Notes: generated from the sequence alone by a model not told the origin. DNA of 63,051 nt from Candidatus Hodarchaeota archaeon (GCA_016840035.1 JAEOTC010000065.1:1-63051); one strand, 5' to 3'; shown: positions 18,434-29,341, numbered from the stretch's first letter. Numbers and translations: made by a program.

Positions 18434-19738
18434 ATGTCTAGTAATTTTATCCGAAGGAACTCTATTCCATCATTGTTTCTTCTATTCAGTTTAATTTTAT
18501 TAAATGGGGTAGGTGTTACCCTTCCGATTCCAAATCTAAAAATTATAGGAGAACAGCATAACTTTCCGTTAATTGGACTTGTAGAAGCTTTTTTTATTAT
18601 TTTCTCAATGATTTTCTTAATTGTTTGGGGATACTTAGTCGATAAATTTGATCGAAGACCACTATTACTGCTAGCTAATGTTATCTGGTTACTCCCAGCG
18701 ACTCTCATATTTTTCATTCCTGACTCGTTGTTTATATATGTTTCAGGACGATTAATGATGGCTATAGGGTTAGCTGCATTTTCACCCCTTTCATATTCAA
18801 TAACTGCAGATTTTGCACATTTTAAAGATAGGGGAATTATTTCTGCGGGATTAAATCTCGCATGGGTTGGATCCAGTGCAGTTGGTATAATTTTAGGGGC
18901 TATCTTCACTTCGGATTGGCATTATTCCTTTGGAGCTATCGCCCTAATCGGAGTGATACTCTTCATTGGACAATTCATGATTAAGATCCCTATTCGGGGT
19001 GTAAAAGAACCCGCATTTTCAGAGATGGTTGATTTTCAATATCCTTGGAGAATAAATGTCCAGCTTATTCCAAAAATATTTCAGAGTAGGAGCTTATATT
19101 GGTTATTGGTTCAAGGGATATTCGCATTAATACCAGGTACTGTATTTACATACTGGTTGGTTTCCTATTTAGCTTCCTCGGAAGGAATGGATATTTCAAT
19201 TGAACTTGCTAGTGCGATTGCGATTATAATTGCAAGTGGTCGTGCACCAGGATACATATTTTTCGGAAAAATGGGAGATATTTTAGCATCCAAGTCAACT
19301 AATTCCACAATTAGAGCGAAGATTGCCGGTTTCGGGATGTTTGGACAATCACTATTCTTTTTTGGGGCAATTTTTATCTTAGCTTCTACTGTAGAAAGCC
19401 AATTAATTTTTGCGGTCCTTTTCTGGATAGGTAGTTTTATTGGAGCCGCATCTGGACCCAATAGAACATCCTTACTATTTAATGTATCACTTCCTGAAGT
19501 TCGTGGAACATTAGGATCGTTGTATTCACTCACAGATCATTTGGGAGCAGCTCTTGGTGTGTTTGTATCCACATTCGTTCTGCAATTTCTGAACTATCAT
19601 ACGGTCTTTAATTTAAGCTTAATTTTTTACTTAATTGCATCTCTTTGTTGGTTTAGAAGCATTCAGTACATATCTACGGATGAAAGGAAGATCGACACAA
19701 CCTTGCAAGGAAGGGCAAGTGAGATTCTGGAAAATTAA
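18434..19738 (+). CDS. MFS transporter
   Basis: Motif A GYLVDKFDRR, about 12 TM helices, GKMGD and EVRGT repeat motifs. Confidence 0.9.
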   Translation: MSSNFIRRNSIPSLFLLFSLILLNGVGVTLPIPNLKIIGEQHNFPLIGLVEAFFIIFSMIFLIVWGYLVDKFDRRPLLLLANVIWLLPATLIFFIPDSLFIYVSGRLMMAIGLAAFSPLSYSITADFAHFKDRGIISAGLNLAWVGSSAVGIILGAIFTSDWHYSFGAIALIGVILFIGQFMIKIPIRGVKEPAFSEMVDFQYPWRINVQLIPKIFQSRSLYWLLVQGIFALIPGTVFTYWLVSYLASSEGMDISIELASAIAIIIASGRAPGYIFFGKMGDILASKSTNSTIRAKIAGFGMFGQSLFFFGAIFILASTVESQLIFAVLFWIGSFIGAASGPNRTSLLFNVSLPEVRGTLGSLYSLTDHLGAALGVFVSTFVLQFLNYHTVFNLSLIFYLIASLCWFRSIQYISTDERKIDTTLQGRASEILEN

Positions 19739-19872
19739 ACGTCTGATCCAGCTAACAAAGATCCAGGTAAATCTATACCTTCTTAGAGAATAAATTCTTG
19801 GATCCAAAAGTTTTTACCATTTATCTAACTTTGATATCCTTTGAGTATAATAACGATAAATGGTTGAATAAA

Positions 19873-21642
19873 ATGCCAAAGAACTTATACATACGTTCAT
19901 TAGGAGTAATGACGTTCTTATGGGGGCTTGTATTTGTAGTAGGGATGGTTTTAGTAGCAGTCATTTCATTTGCTGGAGTTATACCTCCTGGATCAGAGTA
20001 CCTAATAATAGTACTTCCCGTCTTGTTTGCTTTTCTGATTGTAGGATTACAGTTTTTAATCTCTCCATGGCTCATGGACTTTATAATTGGATGGGTTTAC
20101 GATGCTACTAAATATCAGGTCGATGAACTGCCTCCGCACATTAGAACGTTCCTTCATCAACAAATGGAGTTACATAACTTTTCTCTAAAGTGGGTAGCGA
20201 TCATTCACGACAACAATCCGAATGCGTTTACTTATGGTCATACAAAGAAACGTGCTCGTATGGCAATAACTGAAGGGATTCTAAATTATCTAACTGAAGA
20301 AGAACAAATAGCAGTTGTTGCTCATGAAGCTGGACATATTGTTCATCGTGATTTCATTTGGATGACAGTCGCTGCAGCCATTCCATTGGTACTATATTCT
20401 TTTTATCAGGGTTTATGGACCTACGCACGGGTAAGTACACGAAGTAGTGGTAGTGATGATTCAGCGAACGTTGGAGCTATTGCAGGGGCTGCAGCTATTG
20501 GAGCTTTTATCGCATATTGGATATCTCAATACATTGTGCTATTTTTATCACGTGTTCGTGAGTATTATGCGGATAGTTTTTCTGCAGAGGCTACAGGGCA
20601 ACCAGGTGCACTTTCTCGTGCGTTAGTGAAAATCGCATATGGAATGGTGAAGGAAGATTCTATTAATGCCGAGAAACTGAGTGATGAAAATGCCTCACCT
20701 ACCGTTCGAAAGCAAGCATCGAAGAAATCTGCTTTTACAACAGGAATGCGTTCTCTAGGTGTATTTGATGTTGCTAGTGCAAAAAACTTAGCACTCTCCT
20801 CATATGGCCGAGGTCTGAGTCTCGATAATGAGAGCGTGGCAAAAGCTGCCCAATGGGATCTATCAAACCCTTGGGGAAGATTTCTAGAATTATCATCCAC
20901 TCACCCTCTTCCAGCTAAAAGAATACTTGCTTTAAACTCAATGCAAGAAGAACGTGGTATTGAACCTGAATTCCCACAAATGGGAAAAATAAAACTTCCA
21001 GAAAGTCTTTGGGATGAATTTCTAATTGATTTGACATTATTGTACTTTGCACCTCTCCTCTTCTTACTCCTACCGATCATATTTGCCGTAGGTGCTGCGT
21101 ATGCAGGAATTAATATTAATATCGGAATCGGGGCTGGAATCTTGCTAGCTGCTTTGGTTTGGAAGCTCCGTAGACGTGAAAAATATCCTAAATTAAGGCT
21201 ATCTGATCCTGTTGTTACAGTTACTCACTGTTTGACGGATCATACAAAAAATAGCTATTATGAAGCATCTCCTCTTCGTGGAAAAGGAGCTGTATTTGAA
21301 GGGACGGTTGTTGGCCGAGGAGTACCAGGATTTTTCTTGAGTGAGGACTTAGTCATTCAAGACGAAACGGGAATTATTACTCTCGATTATAGTCCAATTC
21401 TTGGGTTCATGTCTTGGTTTTTTGCGTTGTTCCGTGCTCCAGCCCTTCGAGGGATGAAAATTAGAGCTTATGGATGGTATCATCGCTCTCCAGCGCCTAT
21501 CCTGCAGGTATGGAAAATCGTGACTGAAGAAGGAAAAACTTTTCATAACAGATGGTCAGGAGCAAATTGGGTCTTCATGTGGTTTATGATAATCATTGGA
21601 TTGATTTTAATTGCTACTGGGCTATCTGAGCTCCCAGCCTAA
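19873..21642 (+). CDS. htpX: HtpX-like M48 zinc metalloprotease with C-terminal extension
   Basis: PNAFTYG, AHEAGH, SRVREYYAD, STHP. ATG at 19873 preferred over TTG at 19798. Confidence 0.85.
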   Translation: MPKNLYIRSLGVMTFLWGLVFVVGMVLVAVISFAGVIPPGSEYLIIVLPVLFAFLIVGLQFLISPWLMDFIIGWVYDATKYQVDELPPHIRTFLHQQMELHNFSLKWVAIIHDNNPNAFTYGHTKKRARMAITEGILNYLTEEEQIAVVAHEAGHIVHRDFIWMTVAAAIPLVLYSFYQGLWTYARVSTRSSGSDDSANVGAIAGAAAIGAFIAYWISQYIVLFLSRVREYYADSFSAEATGQPGALSRALVKIAYGMVKEDSINAEKLSDENASPTVRKQASKKSAFTTGMRSLGVFDVASAKNLALSSYGRGLSLDNESVAKAAQWDLSNPWGRFLELSSTHPLPAKRILALNSMQEERGIEPEFPQMGKIKLPESLWDEFLIDLTLLYFAPLLFLLLPIIFAVGAAYAGININIGIGAGILLAALVWKLRRREKYPKLRLSDPVVTVTHCLTDHTKNSYYEASPLRGKGAVFEGTVVGRGVPGFFLSEDLVIQDETGIITLDYSPILGFMSWFFALFRAPALRGMKIRAYGWYHRSPAPILQVWKIVTEEGKTFHNRWSGANWVFMWFMIIIGLILIATGLSELPA

Positions 21643-21664
21643 CCCCTTCTTCTTCTTTCTTTTT

Positions 21665-22507
21665 TCAGGGTTCCTTTGTTAATAAACCCACAAATTCTCT
21701 ATAATTTCTTTGTGCTCGTAGTTCTTCTAAATTTAGAATCTTCCAAATTATTCCTTTACTCCCAGAATCAATCTTATTCAACATATTCTGACATTGGGGT
21801 TCTTCATTTGTAAATTTTTGTGACGGGTCAGCTATACAGGAGGCTCCAGTGCTCCAATATGGATCCGAGAGTATAGCTCTATTCGTATCACTGACAATAA
21901 TAGCCATTGCTCCCTCTTTTGCTCGAATAAATGCTAGATTATGCCATATATATTGCCCATAATTGGTATATATACTTTCCGGGACAACTGTTAATGCTGG
22001 GACAAATAAAATATCGATTTCTTCAGATATTAATTCTTGTATAAGATTCAGATTCCAGAGATCATTACAGATGCGAATTCCAGCACGGAAATTTCCTATT
22101 TTCCAAGTGAAAAGAGCATTACCAGGGAAGATATCTTGCGTTTTTTCATAACCAAAAAGTCTGATTTTGTCGTATTTTCCCACTATTTTTCCTTCTGGAT
22201 TGAAAATTAATGAACGATTAAAATTGTGATCGTTTTCTTGTACGAGGAAGCTCCCTCCAATGACCCACGCCGAATATTTTAATGCAGTGTTCTTTAGGAA
22301 TTCCTTGGAGTCGATAAATGACTTCTTAGATGAACTGTTGATTCTTAGCCCATTCCAGTATTCAGGAAAACATATTACATCAATACAGTCTAGTTGATCT
22401 AATCTTTCTTGAAATAACCTTTTGTATTCCTGAATATTTTTCTCTAAGTTATGGAGCGTTATATTAGGCTGTAAAGAAACAACTGATAGTTCCTTTTCTA
22501 ACGTCAT
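21665..22507 (-). CDS. Carbon-nitrogen hydrolase (nitrilase family)
   Basis: Catalytic triad FPEY (E), YDKIRL (K), ICNDL (C). Confidence 0.9.
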   Translation of the reverse strand: MTLEKELSVVSLQPNITLHNLEKNIQEYKRLFQERLDQLDCIDVICFPEYWNGLRINSSSKKSFIDSKEFLKNTALKYSAWVIGGSFLVQENDHNFNRSLIFNPEGKIVGKYDKIRLFGYEKTQDIFPGNALFTWKIGNFRAGIRICNDLWNLNLIQELISEEIDILFVPALTVVPESIYTNYGQYIWHNLAFIRAKEGAMAIIVSDTNRAILSDPYWSTGASCIADPSQKFTNEEPQCQNMLNKIDSGSKGIIWKILNLEELRAQRNYREFVGLLTKEP

Positions 22508-23676
22508 GTATTATTCGTCCGGTCTAACACCAGTTCTGCAATATCGATAGTTTTAATCTCTAACCCTTGCATTTTTATATTCTCATCGATGTTTAAAAGA
22601 CATGAAGGGCAGGCATTAACACAAATATCAACTTCTTGTTCTACTATTTGAGTGATCAATCGGTTTGCAATGTCATTTGCGACTTCAGGGTGGTTTACCT
22701 TAATTAACCCTCCAGATCCACAACATAAAGCTTTATCCCTATTGTTAATCAATTCTCTATTCTCAATACCTGGTAGACTTAACAATAATTCTCGTGCGAC
22801 ATCGTACACACCAGAGTGTCTGCCTAGCTCACATGGATCTTTGTAAGTTACCTTAAATGGAGAATCATTTGATAGATTAATCTTTTTAGCTTTAATCAGG
22901 TCTTTCATATATTTCATATGTGAAATAACATTGAAAGGAAGATCTTTTCCAGTTAATTGAGGATATTCTTCAGTAAAGACTCGATAACAACCCGCACATG
23001 ATATAATTAAATCTTTGATTCCGAGTCGTTGAATCTCTGAAATATTATGCTCTGCAAACTCCTTAGCCTTTTCTTTCTGGCCTCCCAATAAATATGGATT
23101 ACCACAGCAGTATTCACTAGGGGAAAAAATACTAATCTTTTCATTAGCCATTTTTGCCAGTTTTAAAACTGCTGTTGGACCACGTCCAGCTCTACCAGAA
23201 TATGAATACACACATCCAAGAAAAAATCCTGTTTCATGATGGAGGTTGACCCACTCATCATAAAGCTCCTCAATATCGTAACTCCAGATATCTCTATCTT
23301 CTTGGTCTAATCCATAAATATTATGTTCTTTATTCAAATTTTCAAATACTCTAATTGTGTATTTGGGTAATCGATCCTGAACGAGAGTTTTTAATTCCGA
23401 ATAGACTTTTGTAAGGGGTATATCAACAATGCAATTCTCTTGACAAGCACCACAAAAAGTACAAAGAAATAATCCATCCCTTAATGCATCTAATCCTTCC
23501 TCTGAGTCAATTAATCCTTGAGAGAGATTTCGTGCGGTTATTAGTTTCCCCCTACCAGTGACTATTTCATGAAGTGTAGAATGATATGTAGGGCAAGATG
23601 CTTGATTATTAACGCAATATGCGCAATATGCGCATATAAATAGCTCGTTATAATACTGTAAGCCTTTCAAGTTCAC
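22504..23676 (-). CDS. Fe-S oxidoreductase, HdrD/GlpC-like (4Fe-4S plus two CCG domains)
   Basis: CAYCAYC...CP, CTFCGACQENC, YCCG, SCAGC, DPCELGR, CCGSGG, ACPSC. Confidence 0.85.
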   Translation of the reverse strand: MNLKGLQYYNELFICAYCAYCVNNQASCPTYHSTLHEIVTGRGKLITARNLSQGLIDSEEGLDALRDGLFLCTFCGACQENCIVDIPLTKVYSELKTLVQDRLPKYTIRVFENLNKEHNIYGLDQEDRDIWSYDIEELYDEWVNLHHETGFFLGCVYSYSGRAGRGPTAVLKLAKMANEKISIFSPSEYCCGNPYLLGGQKEKAKEFAEHNISEIQRLGIKDLIISCAGCYRVFTEEYPQLTGKDLPFNVISHMKYMKDLIKAKKINLSNDSPFKVTYKDPCELGRHSGVYDVARELLLSLPGIENRELINNRDKALCCGSGGLIKVNHPEVANDIANRLITQIVEQEVDICVNACPSCLLNIDENIKMQGLEIKTIDIAELVLDRTNNT

Positions 23677-23807
23677 TTTTACTGAATCCTAGTAAGAGAA
23701 GGTTTCTTTATGTTTTTTGGATTAAGATTAGTTCTTACATGTAATAGCATAGGAATGGTTTATTTTAAGGTGTCGTAACGAGATGAATAATTTCGAAATC
23801 ATCTATT

Positions 23808-24695
23808 CTAAAATGGTACATAACCGTAGCTCATAAGAAATTCCTGTTCTTCTGGTGTAAGCGTTTGCCCCTTCTCTTTTTTCTGTAAAAGCAACTGAAT
23901 CTTCTCTTCGATTTTCCCAAAAGTTTTTTGTTGGGATTCTGTCTTTACTTTCTTCTTAACTTGGACTATCTTTGCTTTTAATGAGTCCAATTCCTCTTGT
24001 TTGGCTTGGACATCTTCCTTTAATGCTTCTACACGTTGTAAGTGGTTAACAAATTCTTGATGTGCCGTATCTTCCTCTTCTTTTAATGGACCAATTCTAG
24101 TATATAATTTCTGAATTTTCGATTGTACTTCCTTCTTTAGACTTTCTTCTTGAGAGATCTTCTTTTCAATACTAGATATTTCCTCTTGAATTTTGTCTTT
24201 TGATTTAGGGATGTCTCCAAGGTAATCAGCCACGATGGCTTCATTTCGTTTTTCCAGAAGTACAATTCGTTCCTCGATTCTCTTTATCTCATCAATGAGA
24301 AGTCCTTCTTCTTCTCTATCTAGCGAGCTAGTCTGCTGTTTAAATTCCAATTCGTATAAGTGAAATTTTAACTCTACAATGGTCAATTTTTCAAGATCTG
24401 CGTTTGAAAGAAGTTTAAATGGAGATCCTTCACTACGTTGCGCTTGGCGACGAAGAAAGTCGCGTCGTTTCTTTAATCCTTCCAGCACCTCTTTTTTTGA
24501 ATCTCTCCCATCTACTTCTGGTGTTGCTTTCAGAATTAATGCCTGTCTTTCTCCTTTAAACCGATCCCGTTGTTTCCTAAAGCGAGTGGTTAGCTTTTGT
24601 TCTTGATCTAATTCTTTCCTCAAAGTTTTGATTTGACCAATTAATTCCTTCTGCTGATCATAATATAATTTTAATTGATCGCTCGAGTCTGTCAT
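23808..24695 (-). CDS. Archaeal coiled-coil protein (COG1340-like)
   Basis: All-helical and K/E/Q-rich; LEFKQQTSSL..EEE..LI and C-terminal G.TLT.EE motifs. Confidence 0.7.
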   Translation of the reverse strand: MTDSSDQLKLYYDQQKELIGQIKTLRKELDQEQKLTTRFRKQRDRFKGERQALILKATPEVDGRDSKKEVLEGLKKRRDFLRRQAQRSEGSPFKLLSNADLEKLTIVELKFHLYELEFKQQTSSLDREEEGLLIDEIKRIEERIVLLEKRNEAIVADYLGDIPKSKDKIQEEISSIEKKISQEESLKKEVQSKIQKLYTRIGPLKEEEDTAHQEFVNHLQRVEALKEDVQAKQEELDSLKAKIVQVKKKVKTESQQKTFGKIEEKIQLLLQKKEKGQTLTPEEQEFLMSYGYVPF

Positions 24696-24981
24696 ATAAT
24701 TATCGCCGGAATTTCAATGTTAAATCGTGATTGGAAGCCGTGGATAAACTTATGGGATCATTAGCGTTTTGAATTGATATTACTTCAAATATCTGTAATC
24801 AAATGCATCCATTTTTACAAATAAACCTAGAAATAATAGCTTATCTCTTTCTCAATGATCTTGGTTAAGGACTAGACTAACGGTTAATCTTATGAAATGG
24901 TCATCACTTTTAAAAAGAAATGAATGGTAATCTGAGATAACTCATCTAGCCTTTTTTTTCATTAATACTAGAGTTGAATTT

Positions 24982-25500
24982 ATGGATTTCTTTGAAACTA
25001 TAATCAAAAACAAGAGATATAACTCTTTTCAATCAGGAGAATCTCTTACTCAAGATCAATTAAAACAATTACTGGCATGTGCTCAGCTAGCTCCATCATT
25101 GAGTAAAATTCAGAATTTTGCTTATATCATAATCACGGATCCCAATTTAAAATCTATAATTGCGGAAAAAATAGAAAAAACTGACACTGATGTAACAAAT
25201 GCGGCTGTAATCTTTGCAATAGTAGTTGTTCAGGATGAGAACGATGATAAAAATATCGTTGATGCAATTATTGCTAGTAATCAACTCATGCTGGCTGCTA
25301 CTGCAATAAACTTAGGTACAGATCTGATAGTTGATTTTGATGATTCTATCGATGAAATACTTGGATTAAACAATGAATTGTCAATTATAGGCCTTGTTCC
25401 TATAGGTACAACCATGGACAAGGGGTACCAAGGCTTAAAACGGTCAATAAGTGACCTAGCGTTTCATAACACAATAAATTCAAAGTTTGAATTTGTTTAA
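24982..25500 (+). CDS. Nitroreductase family protein
   Basis: AQLAPS..K.Q, LMLAATAINLGT, VPIG. Confidence 0.8.
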   Translation: MDFFETIIKNKRYNSFQSGESLTQDQLKQLLACAQLAPSLSKIQNFAYIIITDPNLKSIIAEKIEKTDTDVTNAAVIFAIVVVQDENDDKNIVDAIIASNQLMLAATAINLGTDLIVDFDDSIDEILGLNNELSIIGLVPIGTTMDKGYQGLKRSISDLAFHNTINSKFEFV

Positions 25501-25643
25501 AACAGTAATATGAGGTTGAAACAGTTTCACAAATCCAAGAAGTATATTTCCTGATCGTAAAAATTGGAGGAAATTTCTCTTCAATCGAATCTACAATTAT
25601 TGACTCTTTAGAGGATTATCATGATGTTGTTTTTAATGAAGAT

Positions 25644-25931
25644 ATGTCAGAATGTCTTATAGGGGATTCAAGCAGGTGGAGTGAATGGTTACCTATCGTT
25701 AATAAGAGTAGATTTCAAAATATTGATAGTGCAGTTGATTATGAGAGAAAACTCTCTCGAATCGTTGTCCTGAAAGATGAAGAAAGAGCTAGACGGATTG
25801 CGCTAATTGTGGATTTAATTTTAGGAGTAGTAAAAGATTTAGAAGAGGGAGAAACTTTGATCGATCAGCATTTTCCCAAAAGAAAAAATCGACTATCTGA
25901 ATTTAGTATTACATATCCTTTTATTACATAA
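25644..25931 (+). CDS. Hypothetical protein (frame is open from 25509, so the true start is uncertain)
   Basis: 95-aa ORF between co-oriented genes. Confidence 0.5.
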   Translation: MSECLIGDSSRWSEWLPIVNKSRFQNIDSAVDYERKLSRIVVLKDEERARRIALIVDLILGVVKDLEEGETLIDQHFPKRKNRLSEFSITYPFIT

Positions 25932-25976
25932 ACCTAGTATATTAGATAAAGACGAAGTCAGAGGGGTCTTACTAGT

Positions 25977-27428
25977 TTGGAAGTTAGACAAAAGAAGGTA
26001 TTTTGCCTATTTCGTGACGTGAATAGCCTGGAAACTTTCTTTTTAAGTGATCTTGCCCAATCTGATATTTTTCGTTGTATTATCACAGTTCTAGATGAAA
26101 ATAAGAAGTCCATCACCTTTCAAGACGAGATTACTACGAAATATGATATAAAGCAGATAAAAGTCCCCTCTAATAGACGAAAAAAGACTTTTCCTTCCCT
26201 AATTCAGAAAAAAACTCTGAAATGTTTGACTGAACTCCCAAAATCCGAGCATGGAATTCATATCTTTTTGGATTTTATGAACATCAAATTGTCTGAAAAA
26301 TATGTTTCAGATCTATTAAAACTTGTAGAAAACTACTTGATAGAAAAGAAGTATTTATATACAATTTTTGCGATTTTTAATGAAAAATTCTTGTCAAAAC
26401 GGTTATCTCGTCAATTAACATTAAAATTCCCCTTTTTGTGCTTTACACCGTCCCAGATTCATCCCAATTTCTTTTATGACGAAAACTCTGAGAATAAATT
26501 TCCTGAAACACTTCGAGAACTGTATCAACCAATTCATATTTTGATTAACGAACTAAAAGCCGAAAAATTAGAAGCTGAAAAATTAGAGAAGCAATTATTC
26601 CAATTATCTACTCAATGTAACATCTTAGAGTCAACTTTATCTTTTTATTTAGCGCAAGAAAAGAAATTACTAAGTACAGAAGAAGTACCAGCCGATTTAA
26701 TATCTTTAATGGAATTTCATTCATTAAAACAGAAATACAATCAAAAAACTCAGATTTTATCAACCGTAATTCATGATCTAAAATCACCTTTAGCATCAAT
26801 CCAAGGCTATTCCGAAGTAATTCTTCATGGTTTATCAGGGCCTGTTACATCAGACATGAAGAAACAACTTGGTACAATAATAGCAAATACTCACCGTCTC
26901 ACACGAATGATTGATAGCCTGCTAGAATTTGAACAATATGATCAGTCAACGTATATTGCCGAAAGGGGAACTTTTGATCTAATTTCAATTCTTGAAGATG
27001 CTAAGATGGCTGTTCTTCCCCAAATGATACATCGTGGCCAGAAAATCTCATTTTTCGTACCAAAATCTTTAGAAATCGTTGCAAATAAGGAACTGATAGT
27101 GAGAGCGATACAGAATCTGTTAGATAATGCAATCAAATATTCTCCACCAGAAAAGGGGCATGTAGAGGTATATGTGGAAGAAAACTCTGCTGGAAGGCAA
27201 AAAATGGTTATTATCAAGGTGAAAGATAATGGATTTGGATTCCGAAAGTCTGATTTAAAGAAAATTTTTCAACCATTCTCCCGATTTGAGGCCCACTCCA
27301 GATCCACAGGACTAGGGCTGTCTATTACCCAAAAAATTATTGAGGAAATACATGGTGGACAAATAAGTGTGAAATCAGCTGGTAGAAATAAGGGAAGCAC
27401 GGTTGAAATAATATTGCCCAAGTCATAA
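25977..27428 (+). CDS. Cytoplasmic sensor histidine kinase (degenerate MEDS-like N-terminus, HisKA, HATPase)
   Basis: H-box HDLKSPL, N-box NLLDNAIKYS, DNGFG, F-box FQPF, GLGL; no TM segment. Confidence 0.9.
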   Translation: MEVRQKKVFCLFRDVNSLETFFLSDLAQSDIFRCIITVLDENKKSITFQDEITTKYDIKQIKVPSNRRKKTFPSLIQKKTLKCLTELPKSEHGIHIFLDFMNIKLSEKYVSDLLKLVENYLIEKKYLYTIFAIFNEKFLSKRLSRQLTLKFPFLCFTPSQIHPNFFYDENSENKFPETLRELYQPIHILINELKAEKLEAEKLEKQLFQLSTQCNILESTLSFYLAQEKKLLSTEEVPADLISLMEFHSLKQKYNQKTQILSTVIHDLKSPLASIQGYSEVILHGLSGPVTSDMKKQLGTIIANTHRLTRMIDSLLEFEQYDQSTYIAERGTFDLISILEDAKMAVLPQMIHRGQKISFFVPKSLEIVANKELIVRAIQNLLDNAIKYSPPEKGHVEVYVEENSAGRQKMVIIKVKDNGFGFRKSDLKKIFQPFSRFEAHSRSTGLGLSITQKIIEEIHGGQISVKSAGRNKGSTVEIILPKS

Positions 27429-27429
27429 C

Positions 27430-27460
27430 CTCTGTACTTTAACATTCTAATAGTACAGAG
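27430..27460. promoter_or_regulatory. 9-bp inverted repeat (terminator or operator)
   Basis: CTCTGTACT-N13-AGTACAGAG, between the kinase stop and the wHTH gene. Confidence 0.4.
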
Positions 27461-27513
27461 AAATTACCTAATCCTTAAAAAAGATCAAAATAACGGTTGA
27501 ATGGGAAACGGAA

Positions 27514-27846
27514 TTGACTGGAAATCCTCTAAAACAACTCGAACAGGAATACATCCTTCTCATACTCCAATATTTACATTTAAATCCGCGAGGAAAAACT
27601 TTCAGCCAAATCTGTGCCTCAATTGAACATGATGCAAATCCCAAAAATGTTACTAAGAGCTTAAAGACACTGACGTCAATAGGATTAATTTATGAAATTA
27701 AAACTGAAGATAACACTGAAATTCTTTATGTCTTATCGAATCGAGGTCGATACGCTAGTGAAATCGTCTGGGATCTCTTTCGTATCATTCTTAACCCTCA
27801 TGAGGCAGATGAGGATAATTCTGATCTTTTAGATTTCTATCGGTAA
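27514..27846 (+). CDS. Winged-helix transcriptional regulator (HxlR/MarR-like)
   Basis: ILQYL...KTFSQI...VTKSLKTLTSIGLI...YVLSNRG. Confidence 0.75.
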   Translation: MTGNPLKQLEQEYILLILQYLHLNPRGKTFSQICASIEHDANPKNVTKSLKTLTSIGLIYEIKTEDNTEILYVLSNRGRYASEIVWDLFRIILNPHEADEDNSDLLDFYR

Positions 27847-27956
27847 ATTTTCCAGTAATCATTTTTAAAATTACGATTTTTTTGTCTCTAAATCTCTTGT
27901 GAAGTATCTGAAATCGTCTAAACAAAGATATTAATTAAGGTTCTACATCTTGTATT

Positions 27957-28958
27957 ATGTCTTATGCTGATCCTAAAATGCAAGCTTTGTTGAAAAAGCA
28001 GAAATATCAAATTTCGGGAAAGAACACGGCAGTAAAGAAATGTAGATGGACTCATAATGCTCTGAGGGAGAATAGATTCTGCTACAAGCATTTTTATGGA
28101 ATTAAATCACATCAATGTATACAGTTTTCTCCAGTATTAATCTGTAATTTCTTATGTAAATTTTGCTGGAGAATACACGAATCAGATATAGGGGTAAAGA
28201 ACATGTTTCAAGGTTATGATCCTCAAGATCAGAAAAAGTTAGAAGAAATGTTCGATTCTCCTGAAGAAGTAGCTGATTCGTTATTTCTTAGTCAGCAAAA
28301 GATTATATGTGGTTATAAGCCTTATGTTCCTTCAGAGAAATATGATGAAGCAATGAATCCGAAACATGCTACTTTAAGCTTAACAGGGGAACCTTTTCTC
28401 TATCCTTGGGTTCCTGAATTAATCCAAGAACTAAAAAATCGATCTCTTACAGTATTTATCGTCACGAACGGAAGTGTCCCCCGAACACTTCGATCTATTC
28501 TTGAAAAAAAGGCATATCCAACTCAATTATACATAACTCTTCCTACACCAGGCTTAACGAATTTTTTGAAGGTACATCGTCCTTTGGAGAAAGAAAAAGC
28601 TTTGGATCAAATATATGAGAGTCTTAGAATCATTGGTAAAGGAGTACCTTTCCGAACTGTGGCTCGATTGACAGTTGCAGATGGATTAAATCTTATAGAT
28701 CCAGATGGTTATGCCAAGATGATTACTGAAATGATGAAACCATCATTCATAGAAGTGAAAGGAGTTGTGCACGTTGGTGCAGCAGAAAAACGCTTACCAC
28801 GAAGTGCCATGCCATCACACACTAAAATTCTTAATTTTTCAAAAGAACTAGAAAAACTAACTGGTTATAAAATTGTGGCAGAATCTGAAGTTAGTCGATT
28901 GGTTATATTGTCAAATGGGTCTGAACCTCTACTAATCCCTGGACTGGATCAATCATAA
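27957..28958 (+). CDS. taw1: 4-demethylwyosine synthase (radical SAM, Taw1/Tyw1)
   Basis: VKKCRWT, CYKHFYGIKSHQC, CNFLCKFCWR, PKHATLSLTGEP, FIEVKG, MPSH. Confidence 0.92.
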   Translation: MSYADPKMQALLKKQKYQISGKNTAVKKCRWTHNALRENRFCYKHFYGIKSHQCIQFSPVLICNFLCKFCWRIHESDIGVKNMFQGYDPQDQKKLEEMFDSPEEVADSLFLSQQKIICGYKPYVPSEKYDEAMNPKHATLSLTGEPFLYPWVPELIQELKNRSLTVFIVTNGSVPRTLRSILEKKAYPTQLYITLPTPGLTNFLKVHRPLEKEKALDQIYESLRIIGKGVPFRTVARLTVADGLNLIDPDGYAKMITEMMKPSFIEVKGVVHVGAAEKRLPRSAMPSHTKILNFSKELEKLTGYKIVAESEVSRLVILSNGSEPLLIPGLDQS

Positions 28959-29118
28959 CATTTTTGTCCATTCTATATTGGTTTTCAGTTTTAGATACAC
29001 AACTTTCGAAATTATGATTCATCACTCTAGGTTCTACTCCTTGTAATAACATTAATAGAATAGTTTTTTAGGAGGATGACCGATACAATAACCTAACGAA
29101 AGACATGGGGAATTACTC

Positions 29119-29322
29119 GTGAAGTTGACGGAAAAAACGATTGATTCAACAACCGGCCTGAAGATGAAATCGGGTTCAATAGTTGAATTACATGTGATTC
29201 ATAGTGAAAATAGCGATGAAAAAAGTTTAATGATTAAAACAGATGAAGGAGTTCTCTCCCTTGACCAAGACGATATCTATAGTTTTATGGAATTATTTAG
29301 CAAATTTCTGGAGAGCTTTTGA
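29119..29322 (+). CDS. Small hypothetical protein (beta-sheet plus C-terminal helix)
   Basis: 67 aa, 19 nt upstream of the next gene, and resembles that gene's N-terminal domain. Confidence 0.6.
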   Translation: MKLTEKTIDSTTGLKMKSGSIVELHVIHSENSDEKSLMIKTDEGVLSLDQDDIYSFMELFSKFLESF

Positions 29323-29341
29323 ACTTAAGGATTGAAAATCA

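Noticed and set aside
25509-25643. Open frame upstream of the 95-aa ORF (possible frameshift or non-canonical start)
   Set aside because: No canonical start, slippery site or recognisable homology; cannot be supported without homologues.
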